A stretch of DNA of 64,000 nt from an uncultured Verrucomicrobiota bacterium (GTDB lineage: Bacteria > Verrucomicrobiota > Verrucomicrobiia > Limisphaerales > JADLHS01), in the NCBI GenBank assembly GCA_903828255.1, contig CAIKLQ010000501.1, forward strand, positions 9,491 through 73,490, written 5' to 3'. Below the pieces are notes generated by a model. The model was not told where the DNA came from and made no database searches. It saw only the letters and a program-made list of their open reading frames with translations. Positions 1 to 8,784 of the stretch are shown here, piece by piece. Within the stretch, counting starts at the first letter, position 1; each line of letters starts with the position of its first letter. Made by a program: the position numbers and the translations under genes.

Positions 1-197
1 TCTTGCAGGAAGCCGCCAGCAAAGCGGAAGATGCGACGCCAGGCGCTTTTCGCGCGGCGCTGATGAAGGTGTTTCCCTACGACGGCGTGACCGGTCACAT
101 GGAGATTTCGGCGGATCGGGAACTGGCCGTTGACCTTGCGCTTTCTCGTTGGGTCAATGGTGAGATCCAGGTTATTCCCAAAGCGAAGGCCAATTGA
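1..197 (+). CDS. 3' end of a type-1 periplasmic/ABC substrate-binding protein (LivJ/LivK-like), partial
   Basis: Tail 'RAALMKVFPYDGVTGHMEISADRE' matches the GVTG.I.F motif at the C-terminus of branched-chain amino-acid-binding proteins; the 5' part lies outside the window. Confidence 0.6.
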   Translation, partial: LQEAASKAEDATPGAFRAALMKVFPYDGVTGHMEISADRELAVDLALSRWVNGEIQVIPKAKAN

Positions 198-238
198 CCG
201 AAGTTCCATTCCACGCTGGCCAGTGAATTTATCCGAAG

Positions 239-3200
239 ATGGAAAGCACCTACGAAAACCTCTCCTTTTGGCAGACATACGCCGAGCTTTACTGGCCCGA
301 CTTGGACGTTTCGTCTTCCGTTCCCGAAGCGGAATCGCTCAGACAATTTTCGACTGGCATCGCACGGGCATTGAAGAAAAGCCAGACAGATAAGCCGCTC
401 AAAATACTTCTCCTCGGTAGCGGTTTTGGCGGAGTCGAACTGCCGGTGCTCTATCACCTCAAGAAGGCACACAACCAGTCACTTTGCTGTGTTTTCATTG
501 ATCGGGCCAAGTCTCCGCTGCAGCTTGCCGGACACATTCTTAACAAAGGATTCGATGGCCTGCCACGCGATGCAAATCAGCTCGCGGGTAGGATTGGCGA
601 ATTTAAGAAGGCTGCTCCTGACGCACAGGATTTTATCAACGACGCATCAAACTGGAAGGATGTTCCTGATCCACATCAAGAGATCAAATGTTTGACGCCA
701 CCGGGAGGAGATGCCTTCTATTTTTTCAGAGACGATTTGAACTGGGAGCCAAATACATTCCCTCAAACCCCGTCTGCTTGGCTAAAGCGGATGGATGATT
801 GGTTTGACCAACGTCAGCAATTCGATCTGATCTTCGCTGCTTTCTCCTTCTTCCATATTGATTGGTGGCGATGCGTCGCAATGGATGCCCTGTCTCGTCT
901 CAATCCCAACGGGCTGTTTCTCCATGCCAAGGTTGAAGGTGATGAGGGCCTATTTGAGGGGCGTATTGGGTGTTCTGGTTCAAAGAATAGCATTGCCAAA
1001 AGGGTATTTCTCGAAGGGTTCTTTTCCCATCCGGAAATCGTCGAAGAGTTTGCAAAATCACCGCGAGCCAACAGCGCGTCGCAACCTCTCGCGATTGAAT
1101 CGCTCTTGGCGAAACTCCAAGATTTCGGATTGTGTGAGACTTCCGACATGGTCGGCTCTGCTGGATACACTGTGCGCCCTCACGTTGGTCTCCACACCTA
1201 TCGGCGGCTACTGCACACAAGGGGTTTCAGCACTTTCAGGAACATTGCCAAGCAACTCGACGAAGGGCAGCCCGGCAAATATGACGCAATCTGTGAGGAA
1301 GTGCTTTCAAAAGCAGAGGGAGAGTCGAAGTTGGACGTTCTTCAAATACATTTCCATTGGACAATCTGCCAACTTCAGCATCCAACGCTGCTGCAAGTCT
1401 TCCCGTTGAAGCATCGCTTCCTAAGAGCACCGAAGCCACAGTATGAGCAATCGCATGCTGGCGTGCTCCATGATTCTTACGTTACAGCTTACGAGCTTTC
1501 CAACCCGCTGCGTCTTCACAAGCGGATAGACGATGAGATCCGGCTCGCGAAGACGCTTGGGCGACGTCTTAACGTGCAAGGTCTCTTGCACGATCAGTGC
1601 CTCGCATTCGAGTTGGGTCTTTGGCCGAAACAGGGGCGAACATCTTGGAGCTATGCGGGTAACGCCCTGCGCCACGATGCCCAGATTGTTGGTAGAACAT
1701 TGGAAGAAGTTGCGACGTATTTAGCGCTGTTGGATCGGCGTTCGGAAGTAATGCATCGCAATTTCAGCAACACCAAGGCTCTACTTGAAGCGATACTTCC
1801 AATCTTCAATAAGGCGCCGGTGCTCATTTACGATCTGGAGCAGGCGGATTATTCCTTGCGCCATACCACGCGGTTGGACTATGAGGAATTCCGATTCAAC
1901 ATCCCTCGCTTGGGACTCGCTGAGCAACAAGCGTGGCGAATAGAGCTCGCTCACATTCGGTCTTGGCTTCAAACAACCGTCTTTGCCCAGGCCAAGGACG
2001 AGTCGAGTGCGGAACCCGACGATCCTCCAGATGTTCTCACCTCGTCCAGACTTGCAGGTGATGCGGCGAATACCTGCGCTGGCGGAGCGCTCAAACGGTT
2101 GTTTGGTTTGATTGCAGATTCCCCAGAACGCTTGGAAAGCATCTGTTCACGACTGGCAGCATCGTTCTCCGCATCATCGGACTTACCAGAGCAAACCAAA
2201 CGACAAATTGTAGATGCACTGACTCCACCGATGGCTTTTACCCTCCGATGCTTAAAGCTGATGAGCGAAGCCAAGCAGATTGTGTTTTATCCTGCTCGTT
2301 ACGAACTGGAGCAAGGGGGATTCGGCAAGGACGTGATCATCTGCGTGTATTCCCGCTGTCTTTCGGAAAAGGAAGTCACGGCAGAATTTCACAAATTTGA
2401 CCAGTTCTTTGATGAGATCAAAATGCATCGCTTGGAGTTGAGCAGCCGATCCGGAGGGGTTGAGGAAACCATCCAAGCGTTTAGTCATGAGATCGCCCAT
2501 CAGACATCGCGGCTTTTCGGCACACGTTGGCAAGAACTAGGAAAGGTGTTTGATCTAAATAGGGATGAATCTACGGGTTCGCGGAAGGGAGTTAACGATT
2601 GGCCAAAAAGCGCGGGAAGTCTAACCGTAGCCCCCAAAGACGTAGCATGCGTCTCCAAGTGGTTGGTGTGCCCCACCCCCAATATTCTCCACTCTGCCAA
2701 GAGCTTGCTTTACTTGTGGAGCGGCTCCCCAAGCTGGGCTGCTGAATTGAATCTTAAAAAAGATGATGATGCGAAGACAATCGTGAAGAGAGTATGGGCT
2801 GTCGCCCTCGGAGCAGCGGTCGCCGTTGATATCAAGAATCGTCCAATGCCCAAGAGCGTCAAAGCCGCGCTCGATTATGATAATTTGCAGACCTGTAAAC
2901 TGATTGGCGCTTGCAGTAAACCCACGGTTACAATCCGTGGCGAGCCAAGCTTCTCATGGAAAGTTGCCGACCAAACGACGGCGAATTCGGAATTATTGTC
3001 AAAAGCACAATCCCTTTTTGTTCGTGCGTTTGTGGCAGCTTCCTTGAATACGATTGTTCACGCGGGCGCAATGCAATCCCCAGCGATAGAGGTCTGCGTT
3101 GTATGTTCAGAAACGGAGATGGTATATTCGCTCTCAAACTCATGCACTTCTGGCGATACCAAGAATTCACACGACGATGGAACGAAAGCCGTTCTATCGC

Positions 3201-3340
3201 TGTGTGTCCGGCAAATGGGGGGCGATGTTTCCAAAGTGAAGCATTTTTGCGATACGGATGGACGGTGGGTGACTGAGTTTTCCCTCCCGCGCATTGCTGT
3301 CTTGAGAGGGCAACCGGTCCAGTGGCTTTCGTCCCTTTGA
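239..3340 (+). CDS. Class I SAM-methyltransferase-like domain fused to a divergent histidine-kinase module (1033 aa)
   Basis: N-terminal 'LKILLLGSGFGG' (motif I) and 'FDLIFAAFSFFHI...LNPNGLFL'. C-terminal H-box-like 'QAFSHEIAHQ', N-box-like 'SLNTIVHAG', reduced G-box 'DDGTKAVL...QMGG' and terminal 'TEFSLP'. Confidence 0.6.
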   Translation: MESTYENLSFWQTYAELYWPDLDVSSSVPEAESLRQFSTGIARALKKSQTDKPLKILLLGSGFGGVELPVLYHLKKAHNQSLCCVFIDRAKSPLQLAGHILNKGFDGLPRDANQLAGRIGEFKKAAPDAQDFINDASNWKDVPDPHQEIKCLTPPGGDAFYFFRDDLNWEPNTFPQTPSAWLKRMDDWFDQRQQFDLIFAAFSFFHIDWWRCVAMDALSRLNPNGLFLHAKVEGDEGLFEGRIGCSGSKNSIAKRVFLEGFFSHPEIVEEFAKSPRANSASQPLAIESLLAKLQDFGLCETSDMVGSAGYTVRPHVGLHTYRRLLHTRGFSTFRNIAKQLDEGQPGKYDAICEEVLSKAEGESKLDVLQIHFHWTICQLQHPTLLQVFPLKHRFLRAPKPQYEQSHAGVLHDSYVTAYELSNPLRLHKRIDDEIRLAKTLGRRLNVQGLLHDQCLAFELGLWPKQGRTSWSYAGNALRHDAQIVGRTLEEVATYLALLDRRSEVMHRNFSNTKALLEAILPIFNKAPVLIYDLEQADYSLRHTTRLDYEEFRFNIPRLGLAEQQAWRIELAHIRSWLQTTVFAQAKDESSAEPDDPPDVLTSSRLAGDAANTCAGGALKRLFGLIADSPERLESICSRLAASFSASSDLPEQTKRQIVDALTPPMAFTLRCLKLMSEAKQIVFYPARYELEQGGFGKDVIICVYSRCLSEKEVTAEFHKFDQFFDEIKMHRLELSSRSGGVEETIQAFSHEIAHQTSRLFGTRWQELGKVFDLNRDESTGSRKGVNDWPKSAGSLTVAPKDVACVSKWLVCPTPNILHSAKSLLYLWSGSPSWAAELNLKKDDDAKTIVKRVWAVALGAAVAVDIKNRPMPKSVKAALDYDNLQTCKLIGACSKPTVTIRGEPSFSWKVADQTTANSELLSKAQSLFVRAFVAASLNTIVHAGAMQSPAIEVCVVCSETEMVYSLSNSCTSGDTKNSHDDGTKAVLSLCVRQMGGDVSKVKHFCDTDGRWVTEFSLPRIAVLRGQPVQWLSSL

Positions 3341-3349
3341 TGCAAGATT

Positions 3350-4669
3350 ATGAAAACATGGATAATTATTGAGGACGATTCGACGATTTTGGAGATGCTC
3401 ATTCGACGGGTGCGCTTATCCACCACCCATTGTCCAACTGACGATTCTGTTGTGGCCCTTTTCGCCAACAGCGATCCAACGAGTGCGTCCCATTTTCAGG
3501 AAGAGGAACTCAGCACTTTCATGTCGCAACAGAACATCAGGTTCATCCCCTGTGAAACCAGCACGAAGATTGAGGATGAGTTGAAGCTGTTGCAGGACAA
3601 ACCGGCACTAATTCTGGCCGATATGAATCTTGAGGGTATCCACAAGCACAATCACTACAAGACTCCGGGCAATGCGTTGCGCAATCTACTTTCAGGATGG
3701 GTGCAGGGCGAAAAGGACTGCGTCTTTTGCCTCTATAGCAGCCACTCAGCAAAGGACGAGGTGGTTAAGATTGTCGGGGGGAAAAGTATTCGCGCTAAGG
3801 CAATTGGTTGGTTTGATGTCTCGGAAGACAACGCGAAGCAGGCCGATAGCCTTATCAATGAAGCCGGCAGGCACTGGCAAAGGTGTCACGAGAACCCTCT
3901 GAAAGGGGTGTGGGATGACATTCGCACGAAGGATTGGTTTGCAAACAAAGATGGTCCTGTTCCCCACGAATGGACCGACATCCAGTTGACTGAATATCGT
4001 TCCGCAATCGAATCTGTGTTCGGCTTGTCATTTCCCGACGAATGGTATGCGCACGCTCAACTTAATGGATTCCACGAATCGCTTAAGGCAATGTGCGGTG
4101 CGTATTTTTATGGTCGCATACATACTCCAAGCACGGCAATACCTGCCCGATACACATTCCGTTTAGGTAGCATTGTGCTCATTGCCGCATTGGCACACGC
4201 AAATTGTAAAAGTAAGGAACACCAGCCGCAGGAAACGCCTTTCCGAAGCTTTACTTGGAACACGCTCTGCTCCAGTGCCAAATTCACCCTTTCAACATCC
4301 CCCGAGCGCGTTCGCCTACAAGGGCAAGCGATCTATGAATTCTTTATACAGATCTTCAAAGTGGACAAGCACAATGGTCAGTTAAGGGGCGTCGAACTTC
4401 TTCCGAACGGCAGAACTGTGAAGCTCGTGTTGTCCTGGGACACAAAGAACCTCCACACCGTGATTTATGAGGAATTGCAGACCAAGTCTGGAGAATTGCA
4501 TCGCGATGGCCATCCGATCGAGCCAGGATCGTGGATTCATTACTGTGATGGAACCCCTGGGACGGCTCGCTCTGCGTATGCGAAAGCACATATTGCGATG
4601 GCCTTTGAGCCGGGAAAACTTTTCGGTTGCGCTGACAATGTTCTTATCTCATCCCTTTGCGAATTATGA
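3350..4669 (+). CDS. Receiver-domain protein with unknown C-terminal domain (439 aa)
   Basis: 'WIIIEDD', 'LILADMNL' (phosphoacceptor Asp) and 'CLYSS'; the conserved Lys is not evident. Confidence 0.6.
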   Translation: MKTWIIIEDDSTILEMLIRRVRLSTTHCPTDDSVVALFANSDPTSASHFQEEELSTFMSQQNIRFIPCETSTKIEDELKLLQDKPALILADMNLEGIHKHNHYKTPGNALRNLLSGWVQGEKDCVFCLYSSHSAKDEVVKIVGGKSIRAKAIGWFDVSEDNAKQADSLINEAGRHWQRCHENPLKGVWDDIRTKDWFANKDGPVPHEWTDIQLTEYRSAIESVFGLSFPDEWYAHAQLNGFHESLKAMCGAYFYGRIHTPSTAIPARYTFRLGSIVLIAALAHANCKSKEHQPQETPFRSFTWNTLCSSAKFTLSTSPERVRLQGQAIYEFFIQIFKVDKHNGQLRGVELLPNGRTVKLVLSWDTKNLHTVIYEELQTKSGELHRDGHPIEPGSWIHYCDGTPGTARSAYAKAHIAMAFEPGKLFGCADNVLISSLCEL

Positions 4670-5430
4670 ATAAAATGGAAAATGCGATCGCCCTTGTGGT
4701 GCTGCTCGACCCCGAGGACGATCGAGCAATAAGCTGGGCTCGCCTCTTAACAAACGTGTTTTCCGACGTCTTCGTGGTGCATGGAGTTAATTCGTGGGGC
4801 AGACTTGATGTTGTTCGAGATGAAATCAAAACACTGTTAAATAGCGAGCGACCGTCACCTTTAGAAGTGTCCGCGGTGTTTACTCACCGCAACGACGACA
4901 AGAAGGACGTCGCGAGAATCCTGGATACAATTCAAGGAGAGTATTACCGCTTTGTTTTTAGTGGACCGGGAGTTCCAGAGGGCGATTCAGCAGGCATACC
5001 AATTGTGCGGAATACCGATCCGTGGTCTCTTTCAGACCAAGATGCAAAGGAAATACATGAATTCGTTATCGGCATCCGCCAAGACCTGCCATCCTGTTGC
5101 AAGCGGGAATCGTTTTCCTTTCTCGTCGCCCTCGCCATTTTGTGTCAAGGCTACCTAGCTGCAAGAGGTAGATTCGATCTTCTCGGCGTGAATGCCGAAA
5201 AGGCAGCCGAGTATCGGACTCCCCCTGCTGAAGCGGTTGCGAGAGTTCTCGACCGAAAGTGGTGGCTGGCCCCATTTCAAGGATTCGATCTCACAAGCGA
5301 AATCCGCAAGGAATGTAACGAGCAAAGCCTTCCTTCAGAAATCGCACGGCTTGTTGACAACTTTGGCAATGGTGATGACCAATGTGTTAGCGCAGCCTTG
5401 CGGAAAATTGATGTGATTCTGAATCAATAG
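4666..5430 (+). CDS. Hypothetical protein, possibly a degenerate receiver fold
   Basis: ATG at 4666 overlaps the upstream TGA (ATGA). Alternating strand/helix pattern 'VVLLDPEDD...VFTHRND...FVFSG', with His where the phospho-Asp would be. Confidence 0.45.
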   Translation: MNKMENAIALVVLLDPEDDRAISWARLLTNVFSDVFVVHGVNSWGRLDVVRDEIKTLLNSERPSPLEVSAVFTHRNDDKKDVARILDTIQGEYYRFVFSGPGVPEGDSAGIPIVRNTDPWSLSDQDAKEIHEFVIGIRQDLPSCCKRESFSFLVALAILCQGYLAARGRFDLLGVNAEKAAEYRTPPAEAVARVLDRKWWLAPFQGFDLTSEIRKECNEQSLPSEIARLVDNFGNGDDQCVSAALRKIDVILNQ

Positions 5431-5438
5431 GCGACCGC

Positions 5439-8255
5439 ATGAATACCCCTGCCTCCAAAGCTTTGACTCAGGTGCTAGAGCTATTAAGCGCAGGTGTTGA
5501 AGCAACTTCCGCCTTCATCATTTCCGCAAGCGCTTCTTCACAACTACTGTGGAATCTCCCAAAGGCGGCAAATGCGCAGCGCATAATCGTCATTTGGGAT
5601 GCCTCCTTAAACTCGGCAAATGCCGCAACTACCAATCTCTCTGCGCATCTGAACCCTCTGACGGCGTCGCTCTGCGCACTAAAGGAACAAAGTGATTTAA
5701 GAATTGCAATTCTCGACCCTAAGCCCAAGCAGCATCGAGTCGAGGGCGGGTTATATCGGACTGTGGAGTCCATCCGCCAAGACAGGATGCCGCAGCTCTA
5801 TTTGGCTTCGTTGCTGGATTTCGGAGGCTATCTTCTAGATCAGTTTTGCGGGAACAATGAAAGAGTTTTAAGGAAGGCAGACGAAAAGCGGACGGAAATC
5901 CTCGAAGTGCTACAGTGTCAGATTAGAGATGCCCTGATACGAGAGAGTGGTGAAAACGACCGGCACGCAATTCAGAACATCATTGGTCCGATGGTGCTAC
6001 TTGGACGCGGTTACCTCGCCAGCAAGGGCGTCGCAGAACACGCCTTGCTTCGGGTTTTTGAGGCGACTGGTTTGTTGCCAAAGGGGCTAGCTGACGGATC
6101 CCAATCAATCGGCAAAATTAATGAGGAATCGTGGGGTAAGCAACCGTTACGCCTTTTGCTGGTTGATGACCAAGCCGATTGCGGCTGGACAGATTGGGTG
6201 CGCGCGAATCTGCCGGCCTCCAATCCGGGCCTTGTCAGCTTGGAGTCGGTTGACGTGCTTGCTTCGCCAGATGCCCTGCTCGACCGTCTGCTGGTCGAAT
6301 GGAGGCTAATGGGTGACTCGAAGGACAGGAGACTTGCGCTTCAGTTGGCAGCCAGCGGCAAAGAAACATCGAGCCGCCAGCCTGTTCTTCTGCTGGATTT
6401 GCGTCTCCACTCCATGCGGAGCGCGGAAAGCGAAGCCGACTTCATCAAGAAGCTTCTCCCGCTTTGCGAACGTTTCAAATCCGACGGAAAGGCAGCGCAA
6501 TTCGCCTGGCCCGGCTTTTCAGCGCAGGAAATTCAGAGCGTTCAGCAGTGGTGTGAGCATCCCAAACGAGAAACGCCCGATCATTTGGTCGCGTTGAGCT
6601 TGCTTCCACGGCTGATTGCGCTGATGGACATGTCCCTGCCCATCATCATTTTCTCGTCCACCGGGCAGCGTTCGCTGATTGAGAAGTTCAAGCCTTACGG
6701 GAATATCATTACGGACTTTGAGAAGCCGAGGTTTTTCGGACGCGACGCAAGGAACGTCATTGCTGAAACACATGCGAAGTTTGCAGCCAGCGTCGAACGG
6801 GCGGTTAAATTGGCTGTTACACGACGTTTATCCCAGCAGATGACGCTCAATGTCGGCATGGCTGACGCGGCGCTGGTAGGCTGTGCATTAAAGAATGCGG
6901 GAAGCAATTCTGAATGGAGTGCCGTCTTGTATATTGACGAATCAGGTTCTGCGCGTGAATTGACGTTGGGAGGAATACTGCTGCTCCTCCCCCGGGGGAT
7001 CAGTGAAAGTGAGGTTGACAAAGCGCTCCGAGCGACTCTTGAGCAGCCGAGCAGTCAGGGCGCTCCGGCTGTCGGCCCTTCTCGCTCCAAGGGATGGTGT
7101 CATAAGCCAGGCAACCTCGAATTGCTTCTTCAGCAGATAAAAAGGCGTTTTCCAACAGTCCACATTTGCTTCGTCAGCTTAAGTGCGGGAGCAGATCGAA
7201 TCTTCGATGATTTTGCGAAACACGATGAGCTTCATGATGAGCGGGTGGCGGACAATCTGTGGCGCGAGATTTTTCGCCGGTTGGTGGAACTGTCAGTCTA
7301 TGCGATCCCAAGTTGTCTTGTCGAAAATGGCGCTTGCTTGAAATCCTTTTCCATTCGCGCTCCCACGCGGGTGTTGCCCGCTTCCAGCATTGGCAAAGAT
7401 TCTTGGAAACAGCGCGCGCTATTCAATCGGTGGGGAATTGATGTCACTTTGGTTGGACCAGACGCGAGTTTATGGGAGGCCGTTTCTGCAATCGAAGCAT
7501 TGCCCCCTCCCAAGCAGTTCAAAGCCAGTCGTTGGAGTTGGCTGGTTAAGTTGCTTCACCAGCTCAAGCCGAGGAAGCAACCCGATTTGATGATTCGATA
7601 TTTCAGCTTTGACAGTCCGCGCCCGGTGGTTGAGGAGGTCATGCGTCTGTATCGTAATATCGAGAGCCCCCCCTTGGCCGAGATTGTAAGGGGATTCTTG
7701 CTGAACTGCCACGGACGGCCAGCCGCCGCACACATACCGATTCTACATTTTGCGGTTGATGGATTCTTGTATCAGCAGAATTTCAGGAACGTGAACCCTT
7801 TGATACGCGTCACTGGATACTATGGCAGAAACCTGGAATTGTTACTTGAATCCAATCGCTGCACGGCGAACGGGGATCGTATCGGCGCGATTCTGAGCGC
7901 ATCGGCAGCGGAGTTTCACTCTGGCGATCAAATACAGGCGTTATTGTGGAAACGCATAGGGATGACGCTCAACGCGATTGATGGCCCAGACTTTTTGCGT
8001 TTCTCATACCTTGCGAACGCTGAAACGGCGATGAGTGATGACCAGGCGGTCTCGTGGCAAGGCAAAGTCATCAAAAAGGCGGGCTCGGTTGGCGGCGGGA
8101 CATCTACGGGTTATTGGGGGGTAATCGAAGACCAGCGAGGAAAGCAGGTTTTCGCACCAACATGCCCTGCTGATGTTGGCGATGCTGTCACGTTCAGGCC
8201 GATGCGCGACAAATGCCCCGGGGAGATAATCGCCGCCGACGTGAAGAAGATTTGA
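5439..8255 (+). CDS. REC + RNase H-fold (DUF3800-like) + C-terminal cold-shock/OB-like domain protein (938 aa)
   Basis: REC motifs 'LLLVDDQ', 'LLLDLRL', 'IIIFSS', 'FEKP'; 'VLYIDESG...LTLGGILL'; C-terminal 'GKV...GYWGVIED..GKQVF...GDAVTF...G..IAADVKKI'. Confidence 0.6.
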   Translation: MNTPASKALTQVLELLSAGVEATSAFIISASASSQLLWNLPKAANAQRIIVIWDASLNSANAATTNLSAHLNPLTASLCALKEQSDLRIAILDPKPKQHRVEGGLYRTVESIRQDRMPQLYLASLLDFGGYLLDQFCGNNERVLRKADEKRTEILEVLQCQIRDALIRESGENDRHAIQNIIGPMVLLGRGYLASKGVAEHALLRVFEATGLLPKGLADGSQSIGKINEESWGKQPLRLLLVDDQADCGWTDWVRANLPASNPGLVSLESVDVLASPDALLDRLLVEWRLMGDSKDRRLALQLAASGKETSSRQPVLLLDLRLHSMRSAESEADFIKKLLPLCERFKSDGKAAQFAWPGFSAQEIQSVQQWCEHPKRETPDHLVALSLLPRLIALMDMSLPIIIFSSTGQRSLIEKFKPYGNIITDFEKPRFFGRDARNVIAETHAKFAASVERAVKLAVTRRLSQQMTLNVGMADAALVGCALKNAGSNSEWSAVLYIDESGSARELTLGGILLLLPRGISESEVDKALRATLEQPSSQGAPAVGPSRSKGWCHKPGNLELLLQQIKRRFPTVHICFVSLSAGADRIFDDFAKHDELHDERVADNLWREIFRRLVELSVYAIPSCLVENGACLKSFSIRAPTRVLPASSIGKDSWKQRALFNRWGIDVTLVGPDASLWEAVSAIEALPPPKQFKASRWSWLVKLLHQLKPRKQPDLMIRYFSFDSPRPVVEEVMRLYRNIESPPLAEIVRGFLLNCHGRPAAAHIPILHFAVDGFLYQQNFRNVNPLIRVTGYYGRNLELLLESNRCTANGDRIGAILSASAAEFHSGDQIQALLWKRIGMTLNAIDGPDFLRFSYLANAETAMSDDQAVSWQGKVIKKAGSVGGGTSTGYWGVIEDQRGKQVFAPTCPADVGDAVTFRPMRDKCPGEIIAADVKKI

Positions 8256-8259
8256 TCCC

Positions 8260-8784
8260 ATGCTCAACGAATGGCAGGAACGACGCAGCGAGTTCAATCA
8301 CGACTGGTTGAAGAACCAGTTCTTGAACCGCCTGAACGCTTTTCTTGAGCGGTTGCGAAGCGATAATCCCGACGCGGAAAAATTGTCAAGATTCGTCCGG
8401 GAGCATCTGCCGGAATGGAGTGCGCATGAATCGGAAGCGCGCTGGCTGATTGACTCTGTGGAGAGTGAACTGTCTCCCAAGCGTTTTTTTGACCAGCCGC
8501 CATTGAACCGTTGCGACTCCAAAACCAAGGAATGGTTGCCAACGGTTGTTCATGAACTTTGGTTGAATCGGTATCCGGTTCACGAGTTGCGCGAAAAGGC
8601 CGCCGGGAACCTGGCACAAGTGAACGTGCAATATGCGAAGCTCTCGTCAGCCTTGAAAAATTCGACTTCGGTAAGGGGCGGCGGTTTGGTAGCATTGGAG
8701 CACGAGTTTTCCAAGTTGAGCCGCTTGTGCGTCGAACTGCATGACACATTCAGCGCGTTCGACGTGAAAATCAGAAGATTATGA
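8260..8784 (+). CDS. Small helical protein with an H-box-like motif (candidate stand-alone phosphotransfer protein)
   Basis: 'SEFNHDWLKNQFL' resembles the HisKA H-box (HDxxN); predominantly amphipathic helices and no ATPase domain. Confidence 0.45.
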   Translation: MLNEWQERRSEFNHDWLKNQFLNRLNAFLERLRSDNPDAEKLSRFVREHLPEWSAHESEARWLIDSVESELSPKRFFDQPPLNRCDSKTKEWLPTVVHELWLNRYPVHELREKAAGNLAQVNVQYAKLSSALKNSTSVRGGGLVALEHEFSKLSRLCVELHDTFSAFDVKIRRL

